DNA from: Candidatus Parcubacteria bacterium
GTDB taxonomy: Bacteria > Patescibacteriota > Patescibacteriia > CAIXNZ01
Length of the DNA stretch: 64,000 nt
Assembly (NCBI GenBank): GCA_026395685.1
Contig: JAPLYG010000009.1
Location: 17,519-81,518 of the forward strand
Reading direction: 5' to 3'
The notes beneath the pieces are model-generated. The model did not search any database and was not told the origin of the DNA. It saw nothing but the letters and a program-made list of their open reading frames with translations. The translations under genes were made by a program, and so were the position numbers. Of the stretch, positions 9,929 to 20,157 are shown piece by piece (the stretch's first letter is position 1; every line of letters starts with the position of its first letter).

Positions 9929-11110
9929 CTAAAAATCCCTCAGTTTCTCAATGCCTGCATGCTGTTTAATCCTTTCCAAAGACTTGGCTTCAATCTGCCT
10001 GATACGTTCACGGGTAACATCAAACTCCTGTCCTACTTCTTCCAGAGTATGCGCCACACCATCAGTCAGGCCGAAACGCATTTCCAGGATCTTTTGCTCA
10101 CGCGGTGATAATTCGCTGATAATGCCGCGGACATAATCCCGTAGAAGTTCCAAGGCAGCTGAACGGTCAGGCGTCATATTTTTCACGTCTTCGATAAAGT
10201 CTTCCAAGGTTGAATCTTCCTCGTCCTCGCCAACAGAAGTCTCCAAAGAAATTGTTTCCTGAGAAATATTGATAATGTGCCTGACTTTCTCAATATCTTC
10301 TCCCATTTCTGCGGCAATTTCTTCCGGCAATGGTTCACGTCCCAAATCCTGAATAAGCCGGCGCTGTACCTGCTGAAACTTATTTATTGTTTCCACCATG
10401 TGCACCGGAATACGAATCGTCCTTGACTGATCAGCCAAAGAACGGGTAATCGCCTGACGAATCCACCAAGTTGCATAGGTTGAAAATTTATAGCCTTTTT
10501 TAGGGTCAAATTTTTCTACTGCCTTAAACAAACCGATATTGCCTTCCTGAATCAAATCAAGCAAAGACATGCTTTTACCCACAAATTTCTTGGCAATAGA
10601 AACCACCAAGCGTAAATTCGCCTGTACAATCTTTTTAAAGGCATCTTTATCGCCCTTATCTTTTCTTCTAGCCAAAGACATTTCTTCCTCGCCGGATAAT
10701 AATGGAACTTTACCTATTTCGCGCAAATACATCTGGATTGAATCTTCAGAAATCTCAGATAAATCAAACTTCTTTTTATCCTTACCAATGCCAATTTTCT
10801 CGAAAACTTCTTCCTTTTCCTTGGCAGTACTTAGCATGCCGCCTTTCGGAGCAATTACCTGGACGGTGTTATCCTCTAAAGTATCCAAAAATTTCTCAAA
10901 TAAATCGAGATATTCCTCAACATCGGGAAAAGTATAAATTAATTCTTGTTCGGTAACAAAACCCCGGCTGCGTCCTTTTTCTAAAAGCAACTTCTGCTGT
11001 TCTTCTGTCGGTTTCAAGACACTAACTTTCTCTTTTTTAACTTTTTTCTGCGATATTCTCTTCTTGCCCAATTTCTTGATTTTTTTTATTTTGGCTTTTG
11101 TTTTTTTCAT
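9929..11110 (-). CDS. rpoD: RNA polymerase primary sigma factor
   Basis: [45 protein letters not shown]. Confidence 0.95.
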   Translation of the reverse strand: MKKTKAKIKKIKKLGKKRISQKKVKKEKVSVLKPTEEQQKLLLEKGRSRGFVTEQELIYTFPDVEEYLDLFEKFLDTLEDNTVQVIAPKGGMLSTAKEKEEVFEKIGIGKDKKKFDLSEISEDSIQMYLREIGKVPLLSGEEEMSLARRKDKGDKDAFKKIVQANLRLVVSIAKKFVGKSMSLLDLIQEGNIGLFKAVEKFDPKKGYKFSTYATWWIRQAITRSLADQSRTIRIPVHMVETINKFQQVQRRLIQDLGREPLPEEIAAEMGEDIEKVRHIINISQETISLETSVGEDEEDSTLEDFIEDVKNMTPDRSAALELLRDYVRGIISELSPREQKILEMRFGLTDGVAHTLEEVGQEFDVTRERIRQIEAKSLERIKQHAGIEKLRDF

Positions 11111-11133
11111 AATATTTAAAAAGACTTAGTATT

Positions 11134-12942
11134 TTAAACTTTTAATCCTTGTAATTGCTGGCTCAAGGCGGAAAAATCCTTCGAAAGCTCCTCAATCTGT
11201 CTTGAATCACGATTTTTTTCAGCTTCAGAAATCAGCTGCTGAACCTGCTTCAATTTTTTAACGAGATAACTCTTTTTTAATTCGCACAAGATATTGATAA
11301 TTTCCGTGCCGACTTGTTCTTCTGTAAAATTAAAAAAATCCTTGTCAGCCAAAAGCAGTAAGGTGGATAAGATCTTTACGATTTCTTGATCTTGGTTTGC
11401 AAATATTTTTTCAAATTCAAAATAGTCAAAACCGCTGTTATTATTATAATACATTACCAGCTCCGTGTAAATCTTTTGCAGCTCATTAAGCGGCAGCATC
11501 TCTTTTTCCAGATGATCGACTAGATACGCAATATTTTGGGGATATTTAAAAATCAAAGCAAAAAGTTGCTCGGCTAAAACAACTTCCCTGTTTTTAACCG
11601 CTATATTTTCTATTCTTGGCTCAGTTTTTTGATACTCATTTTTAACTTTTAAATTATTGAATGTCTCCTGTAAAATATTTGCCGGTACATCTAATTTTTC
11701 TGCCAATTTTCCCAGCCAATGATTTTGTTCAACCTTATCAGCAATCTTAGCAATTTGCTTTAAAAGTCTGGCGGCAATTTCTTTTTTTTGTATAGGATTA
11801 TTTTTATCAAATTGTTCAAAAACTTTGTCAAAATAAAACTCCATGATACTTTTCGCTTCACTAATCGCCTGCTGCCAGTGCTCCACCCCCTGTTTAATGC
11901 AATCGTCGGGATCTTTAACAGTCTTGCCGCCAATTTCTTTCGGCAAAGTAATCACACTGACATTAATACCCAGAGATAAAGCCGTATCTATTCCCCTTTC
12001 AGCCGCTACCTGGCCCGCCAAATCAGCGTCAAAGCAAAGGGCGATATTATTGGTATAGCGCTGTAAGATCTTTAATTGCTCCTGGGTCAAAGCCGTGCCT
12101 GATGAGGCAATCACATTTGTGACTCCGGCCTGATGAGAGGCAATCACATCCATATTGCCTTCAACAACCACTGCCAGATCTTTTTTCCTGATTTCCGATT
12201 TAGCCTTATCTAATCCGAAGACAACCAGACTTTTATTATAAATCATGGTCTGGGGCGTATTTACATATTTGCCGCCCTGATTTTCCCTGCTTTCGTCCAG
12301 GATTCTGCCGGTAAACCCCACGATATTGCCGTTATGATCTGAAATGGGAAACATCAGTCTTTGACGAAAACGGTCATAAAGCTGCCCCCTGTCATTTTTA
12401 ACTTCCAACCCCGCCAAAAATATATCATTATCCTTAAATCCTTTTTTGCGTAATAAATTCAAAAGTATGTCCCAGGAATCAGGCGCATACCCGATTTTAA
12501 AATCGCTGACTGTTTCCGGGTTTAATTTCCTTTTTGCAATATAGTTGCGGGCAATAATTCCTTCTTTGGAGCTCAATAAAACTTTATGGAAAAACTCAGC
12601 GGTTAACTTCAAAATATCCATTAACTTTGTCTTCTGAGATACCATTGTCTGGTCAACTTTTTTTAATTTTACCCCGGCCTTATCGGCCAACAATCTTAAA
12701 GCTTCAGGAAATTCTATATTCTCAATTTTTTGCACAAAGGTAAAAGCATCACCGCCTTCGCCACAGCCAAAACAATGAAAAATCTGTTTGTCTCTGGAAA
12801 CCATAAAAGACGGTGTCTTTTCATTATGAAAGGGACACGGCGCTTTCCAGTTTGTGCCGGCCTGCTTAAGCTGAATATATTCCGAGATAATATCAACTAT
12901 ATCAAGCTTGGATTTTATTTCGTCGACCTGGCTATTTAACAT
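11134..12942 (-). CDS. dnaG: DNA primase
   Basis: CPFHNEKTPSF/CFGC zinc finger, VVEGNMDV and CFDADLAG TOPRIM, KDPDD. Confidence 0.97.
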   Translation of the reverse strand: MLNSQVDEIKSKLDIVDIISEYIQLKQAGTNWKAPCPFHNEKTPSFMVSRDKQIFHCFGCGEGGDAFTFVQKIENIEFPEALRLLADKAGVKLKKVDQTMVSQKTKLMDILKLTAEFFHKVLLSSKEGIIARNYIAKRKLNPETVSDFKIGYAPDSWDILLNLLRKKGFKDNDIFLAGLEVKNDRGQLYDRFRQRLMFPISDHNGNIVGFTGRILDESRENQGGKYVNTPQTMIYNKSLVVFGLDKAKSEIRKKDLAVVVEGNMDVIASHQAGVTNVIASSGTALTQEQLKILQRYTNNIALCFDADLAGQVAAERGIDTALSLGINVSVITLPKEIGGKTVKDPDDCIKQGVEHWQQAISEAKSIMEFYFDKVFEQFDKNNPIQKKEIAARLLKQIAKIADKVEQNHWLGKLAEKLDVPANILQETFNNLKVKNEYQKTEPRIENIAVKNREVVLAEQLFALIFKYPQNIAYLVDHLEKEMLPLNELQKIYTELVMYYNNNSGFDYFEFEKIFANQDQEIVKILSTLLLLADKDFFNFTEEQVGTEIINILCELKKSYLVKKLKQVQQLISEAEKNRDSRQIEELSKDFSALSQQLQGLKV

Positions 12943-13122
12943 AAATAAGAGGATTTATAAGTAGTAAAGGAAGAATAGGATAATAGGATAAAAAAATTCG
13001 GAGGTGAAAGGAAAATAAGATTAATTACCTTCATTTCCGCTAATCATATTCTCCTTTATTCATCTTCTACCTATTCTTCGTCTAACTCCTTTTATAGCCT
13101 ACTAAATTTACCACACCATCGC

Positions 13123-14634
13123 TCAAAGATCAATTTTAAATAAGCCCATGCACAGCATCAAATAGCTGATCCCCAACGGATGGTTTAAATACGGGCTGAA
13201 AGCATGGGTTACCATTAAAACAATCAGACCAATTAAAAGACCAGCAACAATGTAATTTTTTCTTTGTTTCCAGCCTGCATACAATATTTGTCCAATCAAT
13301 AACAAATAAACAAATAAACCAATAAACCCAATCTCCGTCACTGTATCCAAATACCCCCATTCAAAACTGTAAGTTGTATAAGTCCCTTCCGGGTTCGCTT
13401 CATTTTTAATACGCGGATCTTCTGTCTTATATGTCACGGCACTGCCAAAACCAGTGCCGATAAAAGGCGCTTCCTTAACCTTCTCAACCAAAACCGGCAG
13501 TAAGTTCCAGCGGCTGGAAACCCCGGCTTCCCCGGAAATCATGGCAAAGCGGTCTTTGAACATATCAGCGGAAAACAGGCCCGAAGGCGTGGGAATTGGG
13601 AAATTGGCAATTGCCAGAACCAAAAGCACGCTTAATACTCCTGACGCCGCCAAAACACCGGCTGCCTGACATAATTTTTTCAGGCTTAATCTGGCTATAA
13701 AAATTAAATAAACCGCTAACGCCAAAACGCCGGCAAGGCCGCCGAGCCAGAAAGTGCGGGAAAAAGAAATTAATATAGAGGCTTCAATAAAAACCAAAAG
13801 CAAAAAAAGCCATTTGCCATCTTGTAGGGAACGTTCTAGAACGTTCCCTACGATAGATGGCTTTTTTTGTTGTTGAATAAAAAGCACTAATAGAGATAAA
13901 ATTATAAAAATCCCGATCAAGCTCCAGCTTTGCGACTGGAAAAATATCCTGAAAAAATTGCCGCCGGCATAGGTAATTTCCCCCACGCGCGTATCGCGAA
14001 TCCAGTGGTAAAAATAGTCGGTTATATAGGGTATGCCGTGAGAAAATAAATAAAGAGTAAAAAATATTTTGACTGAAACATAGCTTAAAGCCGCCAAAAA
14101 TACTTTCATAAACGCGGCGACTTGGCGTTTAGTTTTAAAAACCTCCAGAAAAACAAAGAAGAGGCCGAAGTATAAATAGCCGTTAACGTCAAAGAACACA
14201 TTTTTTATTCCATTGCCGGAAATTATTCCGTTAATAACTCCGAGCGCAATAAAACATAAAAAAATTATAAAATTTTGCACCAGTCTGTCTTTTTTCAACA
14301 AGTTGAAAAGATCGATAGGTCTAAAATATTTCAACAGCCAGACAAAAAAGACTATCAAAAATATCGCCAACCGCATTGATATTCTGAATCCCGGCAAGTC
14401 CAGGTAAAAAAGATACCCCTGCGACCCGATCATCAGTTCAGCTAAAGCAATCCAAAGGCCGTATTCCAGCTTATATAAAGTAAACATCAGCACCACAATC
14501 GCGATGGATACGAAAAATATCCCAGATAACAACGCTAATTTAAAGCTAATCAAGGAAAGTAACTCAATAACAAAGATGGCCATAATTAGCCTAAAAATAT
14601 CTTTATTTATTATGTTTTTATCAAAAATGGTCAT
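13123..14634 (-). CDS. O-antigen ligase/Wzy-like polymerase family membrane protein
   Basis: Many TM helices, ISFSRTFWLG, SR..L......E.PFIG.GFG, YL....E.G.IG. Confidence 0.75.
   Translation of the reverse strand: MTIFDKNIINKDIFRLIMAIFVIELLSLISFKLALLSGIFFVSIAIVVLMFTLYKLEYGLWIALAELMIGSQGYLFYLDLPGFRISMRLAIFLIVFFVWLLKYFRPIDLFNLLKKDRLVQNFIIFLCFIALGVINGIISGNGIKNVFFDVNGYLYFGLFFVFLEVFKTKRQVAAFMKVFLAALSYVSVKIFFTLYLFSHGIPYITDYFYHWIRDTRVGEITYAGGNFFRIFFQSQSWSLIGIFIILSLLVLFIQQQKKPSIVGNVLERSLQDGKWLFLLLVFIEASILISFSRTFWLGGLAGVLALAVYLIFIARLSLKKLCQAAGVLAASGVLSVLLVLAIANFPIPTPSGLFSADMFKDRFAMISGEAGVSSRWNLLPVLVEKVKEAPFIGTGFGSAVTYKTEDPRIKNEANPEGTYTTYSFEWGYLDTVTEIGFIGLFVYLLLIGQILYAGWKQRKNYIVAGLLIGLIVLMVTHAFSPYLNHPLGISYLMLCMGLFKIDL
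13824..13851. repeat. GTAG-type REP-like perfect palindrome inside CDS
   Basis: GTAGGGAACGTTCT/AGAACGTTCCCTAC, perfect 28-bp palindrome. Confidence 0.8.
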
Positions 14635-14641
14635 TCAGGTC

Positions 14642-14670
14642 TTGACAAGGTTTTAAATATATGCTAACAT
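14642..14670 (+). promoter_or_regulatory. Sigma70 promoter (TTGACA-N17-TAACAT, extended TG)
   Basis: Consensus match with 17-nt spacer. Confidence 0.75.
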
Positions 14671-14676
14671 AGTAAC

Positions 14677-15023
14677 ATAGCGCTGAACAGAGTGCGGCCT
14701 CTACGGAGTGTTCTCGCACCCATATCAGCCCTTCCGGCAAATCCACCGGATTGAATAACCTCCCCTGTAAAGGATACGGGGAGGTAAATAAAAAAATCAT
14801 ATTGAAGTGAGAAGGTTACTCGCTAAAAGCCAGTATCCAATGGACATAGGAAAATCATAACCTATGTTCACGCAAAGGACTACCTCGTCTTCCAGTATAA
14901 CTTGGAGTTTACTCCCAGTTGTGAAGATTCCTTTGCGGCTTCAATCTTAATTTCGATAAGGGATCCGGCGTAATAAAACGCCTACCCGATATTAAGAGGC
15001 AACCCCGGTGTGGCCTCTTTTTC
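14677..15023 (+). ncRNA. Unidentified large structured RNA
   Basis: Promoter, five or more stem domains whose wobble pairs read as G-U on + strand, terminal hairpin with U-run, no long ORF. Confidence 0.6.
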
Positions 15024-15025
15024 TA

Positions 15026-15895
15026 TTATATTTTTGACTGTGATTTAGGTCTGATTTTGAAAACCTGACTTACCCAAGCCAGCCCTAGACTGATATAACT
15101 TAACAACATTACGACTAAACAACTTAACAACCCGAAATGTTTCCTGAAGTAAATTGCCATTCCCCGATTAAACCGCTTCTGCTTTTCCAGGCTCATTTGC
15201 TGGGCAAAGCTTTTAGCTTCATGATGAATCAATTTAGTTTGCGGCATATACCAGATCTGATAGCCTTTATCTTGCGCCCGCTTGCATAAGTCCAAATCTT
15301 CCCACCATAGATAATAATCCTCATCCCAGCCGCCCAAGTCCTTAATCACTTCGTTTTTAACCAAAACAAAAGCGCCCATGATCTGCTTAACTTCCTGCTC
15401 TTTGGTATAATCAAAATCTTTAGCCAAATATTTTTTCAAACAACTTGGCTGCCAAAAATGATGCAGCTTTAATAAAATCAAAATCTGGTCGCAAAGGCCC
15501 GGATTATTTTTTATATTATTTTGCCTTAAACCGTCGGGATAAATTAGCTGGCAGGTTGCCATTTCGACTTTGGGGCTTGCTTCTAACCAATCAACTAAAA
15601 CCTTAAAGCTGTTTTCCACCAGCTCCATGTCCGGATTCATAAACAATATATATTTTCCCTGAGCCTGCTCTAATGCTAGGTTATTTGCCTTAGCAAAGCC
15701 CAAATTTTGATTGGAGGCAATCAAATTTACTTTAGGAAATTCAGAAGCGACCATTTGAACTGAACCGTCTTTAGACGCGTTATCAACCACAAAAACTTCA
15801 AAGTCCAAGCCTTGAGTCAACTTAAAAATCGACTGCAGATTTTTTCGCAGAAGGTCTTTAACATTCCAGCTGACGATGATAATTGATAATTGCAT
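15026..15895 (-). CDS. Glycosyltransferase family 2 (rhamnosyltransferase-like)
   Basis: SIIIVSWN, VVDNASKDGS, NLGFAKANN, MNPD, WEDLDLC. Confidence 0.9.
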   Translation of the reverse strand: MQLSIIIVSWNVKDLLRKNLQSIFKLTQGLDFEVFVVDNASKDGSVQMVASEFPKVNLIASNQNLGFAKANNLALEQAQGKYILFMNPDMELVENSFKVLVDWLEASPKVEMATCQLIYPDGLRQNNIKNNPGLCDQILILLKLHHFWQPSCLKKYLAKDFDYTKEQEVKQIMGAFVLVKNEVIKDLGGWDEDYYLWWEDLDLCKRAQDKGYQIWYMPQTKLIHHEAKSFAQQMSLEKQKRFNRGMAIYFRKHFGLLSCLVVMLLSYISLGLAWVSQVFKIRPKSQSKI

Positions 15896-15903
15896 ATTTA
15901 TTA

Positions 15904-16030
15904 ATAATCAATAACCAAACATCAATCATCAAACAATACCAAATGTCCAATTCCTAATAACCAAATTAATTATTAGAATTTAGAAATTAGAATTTGTTTG
16001 AAAATTGATTATTGATGATTGGTGATTAAT
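15904..16030. repeat. Heptad-periodic imperfect inverted repeat, family A
   Basis: CAA-periodic left arm, TTG-periodic right arm; 18-nt identity (CAATCATCAAACAATACC) with the 27089 copy. Confidence 0.7.
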
Positions 16031-16057
16031 AACAGACTCAAGCACTTAATAACAGAT

Positions 16058-17248
16058 CTAAGCACGGAAAGGATACGGCACTACTTTATCATTAATCAAC
16101 TCCAGCATCCGCCCCACCCTCACCTGCCAGATATTATTTTCCAGCATTTTAATCCTTTCATCCTTTAAAGTATCGCGTTCGCCAGCCAATGCCTGCTCAA
16201 CTGCGCCATTAAACTGTTCGGGCGTATTTGCTATAGCCACTAATCCGCCGAAACGTTCACTGCCAGGCGCTGAAGTCGAAACCACAGGCAAATTAGCCGC
16301 CAAATATTCATAATATTTCATGGGATCAGTGGATTTAATAAATTTATTAGTTTTATAAGGAATAATACCGACATCAAAACCATTATAAAGAGACGGGATT
16401 TCCCAGGATTTAATTAAACCGAGAAAATGCACATTTTTATATTGGCAAAAATTTTTCACCGGGAAACCTTTCCAGGCCGGGCCGGCAAGAACAATGGATT
16501 TTTCCGGATTATTTTTAGCCAGCGATTCAATCAAATCTAAATTTATCCGATCCTGCAAAATTCCCAAAAAACCAATAATCGGATGATTAATTTTTTCCAA
16601 AAGCGGATGTATTTTATTTTCAGCCTGAAAAAACTCCAGATCAACCGCATTGGGCAGCCAGTGAACATTGCTTTGCTTAGTAAATAAATTATCACGCAGA
16701 TATTCAGAAACAGTAAAAATCAAATCTGAACGCGCTTTTATTTTTTCATAATTACCCCGTAAAATTTTTTCATACTGTTTATAGCTGGAATGGCTCAGCC
16801 AGTCATCAACCGCGTCAAAAACATAAGTCGCATTCTCAAATTTATTTAAATAATCAGCATACATAGGATTATAATTCCAAACAACTAAATTTTGTTCCAT
16901 ACCCTCTTTAGCAATAATCCTTTTTAATTCCGTGATAATTCTTGACTTATTTAGCATTGAATCAATTGTTGAATAAACCAAAATTTTACTGCTGACTTGC
17001 CAGCAGCGCGAAGTCAGATCACCGTAAACAATATCGCCCCGGGTATCATTTAATACCTGGTCGTAAAAATAATTTTTAATGGCTCGCTTCCAGGTAAACG
17101 GCAAAAAATCCACGGCAATCACTTTATTGATCTGGTCGTTCTTTACCAAATTATGCAAAACATGATAATTACGGTTGGCAATTCCCTTTTGCCAGTCGCT
17201 GTACTTGGACATGTTAAACATGATGATGTTTAGTTTTGGTGAATTCAT
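16058..17248 (-). CDS. Glycosyltransferase (GT4/TuaH-like)
   Basis: YVFDAVDDW, PNAVD, DPMKYYEYLAANLPVVST. Confidence 0.85.
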   Translation of the reverse strand: MNSPKLNIIMFNMSKYSDWQKGIANRNYHVLHNLVKNDQINKVIAVDFLPFTWKRAIKNYFYDQVLNDTRGDIVYGDLTSRCWQVSSKILVYSTIDSMLNKSRIITELKRIIAKEGMEQNLVVWNYNPMYADYLNKFENATYVFDAVDDWLSHSSYKQYEKILRGNYEKIKARSDLIFTVSEYLRDNLFTKQSNVHWLPNAVDLEFFQAENKIHPLLEKINHPIIGFLGILQDRINLDLIESLAKNNPEKSIVLAGPAWKGFPVKNFCQYKNVHFLGLIKSWEIPSLYNGFDVGIIPYKTNKFIKSTDPMKYYEYLAANLPVVSTSAPGSERFGGLVAIANTPEQFNGAVEQALAGERDTLKDERIKMLENNIWQVRVGRMLELINDKVVPYPFRA

Positions 17249-17302
17249 AATGGTTATTTCTATGCTTATGCTATTTGTATCCTAATTCGTAAATTCGCTG
17301 GG

Positions 17303-18418
17303 TTATAAAATATCTCTCAATTTCGCCACCTGTTTATCCCACTGAAATTCACTCAAGACCCGTTCCTTCCCCTGCGCTCCCAATTTAATTGCATACTCCT
17401 GATCAGTCATTAAATTTATAATTACCTTGGCTATTTGACTGACATTTTCCGGATCAACTAAAATCCCGGTTTGGCCGTCAATTACAGCTTCGCTGGCTCC
17501 TCCGCTTTTGCCGGCAATCACGGGTTTGCCAAAAGAATTAGCCTCCAAATAAACAATGCCAAAACCTTCCACATCACTGCCTATTTGCCGAGCCGGCATA
17601 ATAAAAACATCAGCCAGATCATAGAATGACGGTAAATTAGTATCCGGAATATCTTCACATATAGTCACATGGTCAAGAACTTGCTTCTGGATCGCCAAGA
17701 TTTCCAGATCATCCAGGTACCTTTTACCGTTGCCGACCAAAAGATAAACTAAGTTGGGAATTTTTTCAATCACTTCAGGTAGAGCTTCAATTACCTTATC
17801 AAATCCTTTACGAGGAACCATGCGGCCGACTGACAGTAATACTTTTTTACTGTGCAATTCTAATTCGGTTTTTAAAGTCTGACGTTCCTGAGAATTCAAA
17901 TCTTCAGGTTTAATATTGGGACAGGGATAAACAATGCTAATTTTGTCTGAAGAAATCGCCAGTTTTGAAACTTCATTTTCAGTAAATTTACTGTTAACAA
18001 TAATTGCTTTAGCTTGATTTAAAATTTTCAGCAGCCAGTATTTTTTCCAAGCTGTTTTTTGCGCGGCGAGAACATCAAAGCCGTGCAAACTGACAATAAA
18101 CGGCAATTTCAAAAGCAAAGCAATATATCCCATGGGCAAAACGTGAGAAATTAAAATCTGTTCTACTTTTTCCTGACGAATTACTTTCTTTGCCAAGCGT
18201 AAAGTCCGGAACCAAGCAGGCCAGAAAAATCTGTTAAAAAGTCTGGCACGGATTATTTTATAGCCTTGTTTATTATCAAAATGTTCCGAACCATTTTGCT
18301 TATTCGCTAAAACAACAATTTTATCATATTCAAGATTATGGCAGATATTGCTTAAGTATGTTGCTACGCCTCCTTTTTGCGGCGGAAAATCAATTGTGAT
18401 TAATAAAGTTTTTCGCAT
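17303..18418 (-). CDS. Glycosyltransferase family 4
   Basis: DFPPQKGG, VGRMVPRKG, EGFGIVYLEA. Confidence 0.9.
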   Translation of the reverse strand: MRKTLLITIDFPPQKGGVATYLSNICHNLEYDKIVVLANKQNGSEHFDNKQGYKIIRARLFNRFFWPAWFRTLRLAKKVIRQEKVEQILISHVLPMGYIALLLKLPFIVSLHGFDVLAAQKTAWKKYWLLKILNQAKAIIVNSKFTENEVSKLAISSDKISIVYPCPNIKPEDLNSQERQTLKTELELHSKKVLLSVGRMVPRKGFDKVIEALPEVIEKIPNLVYLLVGNGKRYLDDLEILAIQKQVLDHVTICEDIPDTNLPSFYDLADVFIMPARQIGSDVEGFGIVYLEANSFGKPVIAGKSGGASEAVIDGQTGILVDPENVSQIAKVIINLMTDQEYAIKLGAQGKERVLSEFQWDKQVAKLRDIL

Positions 18419-18442
18419 AAAAATTTATATTCATGGATAAAA

Positions 18443-18535
18443 GCGCCCTTTGTCCGTGATTTGTCATTCAGAGTGAAGCGAAGAATCTCTCTGTCCAATG
18501 AGATCCCTCGTTACACTCGGGATGACAAAGGGCGC
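18443..18535. repeat. REPIN-like GTCAT...ATGAC palindromic element
   Basis: TGTCATTCAGAGTGAAGCGAAGAATCTC / GAGATCCCTCGTTACACTCGGGATGACA arms, flanked by GCGCCCTTTGTC/GACAAAGGGCGC. Confidence 0.75.
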
Positions 18536-18538
18536 GCC

Positions 18539-20014
18539 CTAAGTCATTAACGTTTCTTCCTCACTTGGCACGGCTTTTTTAAAAACTGACTGCCATAAAA
18601 ATAAAACGTCATTTTTAGTAAAACCTTTTAGCAAATACATAATCCCCAAATAAATAACGGCTCCGATAATAATTAATATTAAAAAATTCAGCTGAGCTTT
18701 TAATGATAAAATAACCGACGCCATCATCAAGGCGGCTAATACAGACTTTACAGACTTTATTAATAAATATTTATAGTCAAAACCGGTAATCTTTGGTACC
18801 TGAACTAAATTAAGAATAAATAACAAGGTCAAACTTACCAAAGCTGCAAAAGCCGCACCGATATGCTGATAAAGCGGAATTAAAATAATATTCAATATCA
18901 CATTTAAAATCATAGTTATTCCCATATTTAAAGTGTTTCGTCCCTGTTTATCGCAGGCATTTAAAATTGCTCCGGCCGGATAATTTAGAAACATAGGAAC
19001 AATGGCAAATATAAAAATCTGCATGGCTAAAATTGAAGGAATAAATTCGGCAGTATAAAGCGATAAAATTATCTTGTCTGCCAAGCAGGCAATACCTATG
19101 GCTGAAGGAACCGATAGAATAATCAGCAGGTACATGGATTTATCAAAAATCAATCTTAATTTTTCCTTGTTATTTAAAAAACAGTCGCTCATGGCCGGAT
19201 AAATCGCGGCTGAAAATGCTGCCGGCACAAACTGAAAAGCATAAGTAATTTTATACGGCACAGAATACCAGCCCAAAGCCTGATCGCCAATTAAAACTGA
19301 AAGCAAAATCTGATCAATATAGCTGTAAACACGGACAAAGATGCCGGCTAAAGCAAAAGGCAACGCAATCTTAAATAATGTCCTTAAAATTGATTTATCC
19401 CATAACAGCTTAAAATTAAACTTTAATTTTACTTTAAGCAAAATCAAGGAGTACAGAAAATTAAAAGTACTGCCGGCCAAAAGCGCCAAGACTAAAATAT
19501 ATAAAGGAAATTTTAAATAAATACCGGCCAACCCAACCCCTAAAATTACAATCTGATTAATGGCAATGCCAATAGCTTCATATTTTAAATTTTGGTATGC
19601 GCGGAAAACTGCGAAAAAAGCCAGGGTGAAAGAATCCAAAATCATAACCAGTCCGGCCAGATAAACCATAACCTGAGAAAGCTGGGGTTTACCCAATAAA
19701 TTAATTACGACAGCGACGCCCAAATATGACAATATTGCCAAAACAATTTTGACTGTAATTATATTATTCAAATATTCATTAGCCTTGTCCTTGAACTTGG
19801 CTGCCTCGCGGATCAAAACACTGGACAAACCCATATCAATAAAAACCGAAAAAATCGTGGTCAAAGAAATTGCAAAGGTATAAACTCCGATATCATTGGC
19901 GCCGATAAAACGCGCGACCAAGGTAAAATAAATAAAAGCAAATATTTTCTGAAAAATATATGCTCCGGTCAGCCAGGTTGTATTTTTGGCTATGCTTTGC
20001 GCTTGTGGACTCAT
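18539..20014 (-). CDS. Polysaccharide flippase (Wzx family)
   Basis: IAKNTTWL, DMGLS..LIRE, GWYSVPYK, LNIILIP.Y...GAA; start set at MSPQAQ. Confidence 0.88.
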   Translation of the reverse strand: MSPQAQSIAKNTTWLTGAYIFQKIFAFIYFTLVARFIGANDIGVYTFAISLTTIFSVFIDMGLSSVLIREAAKFKDKANEYLNNIITVKIVLAILSYLGVAVVINLLGKPQLSQVMVYLAGLVMILDSFTLAFFAVFRAYQNLKYEAIGIAINQIVILGVGLAGIYLKFPLYILVLALLAGSTFNFLYSLILLKVKLKFNFKLLWDKSILRTLFKIALPFALAGIFVRVYSYIDQILLSVLIGDQALGWYSVPYKITYAFQFVPAAFSAAIYPAMSDCFLNNKEKLRLIFDKSMYLLIILSVPSAIGIACLADKIILSLYTAEFIPSILAMQIFIFAIVPMFLNYPAGAILNACDKQGRNTLNMGITMILNVILNIILIPLYQHIGAAFAALVSLTLLFILNLVQVPKITGFDYKYLLIKSVKSVLAALMMASVILSLKAQLNFLILIIIGAVIYLGIMYLLKGFTKNDVLFLWQSVFKKAVPSEEETLMT

Positions 20015-20157
20015 AGACAGTAAAATTAACAGGATTCCCCTGCCTAAGCTTATTTTAGCATAAAACCTCCAAAATTCAAACAAAGATTTCCTCTCTAAAA
20101 TACAAAGAAGCGATTTATTAATCGCTCCTCTGCTCACAATATTTTTCAATTTGATAT

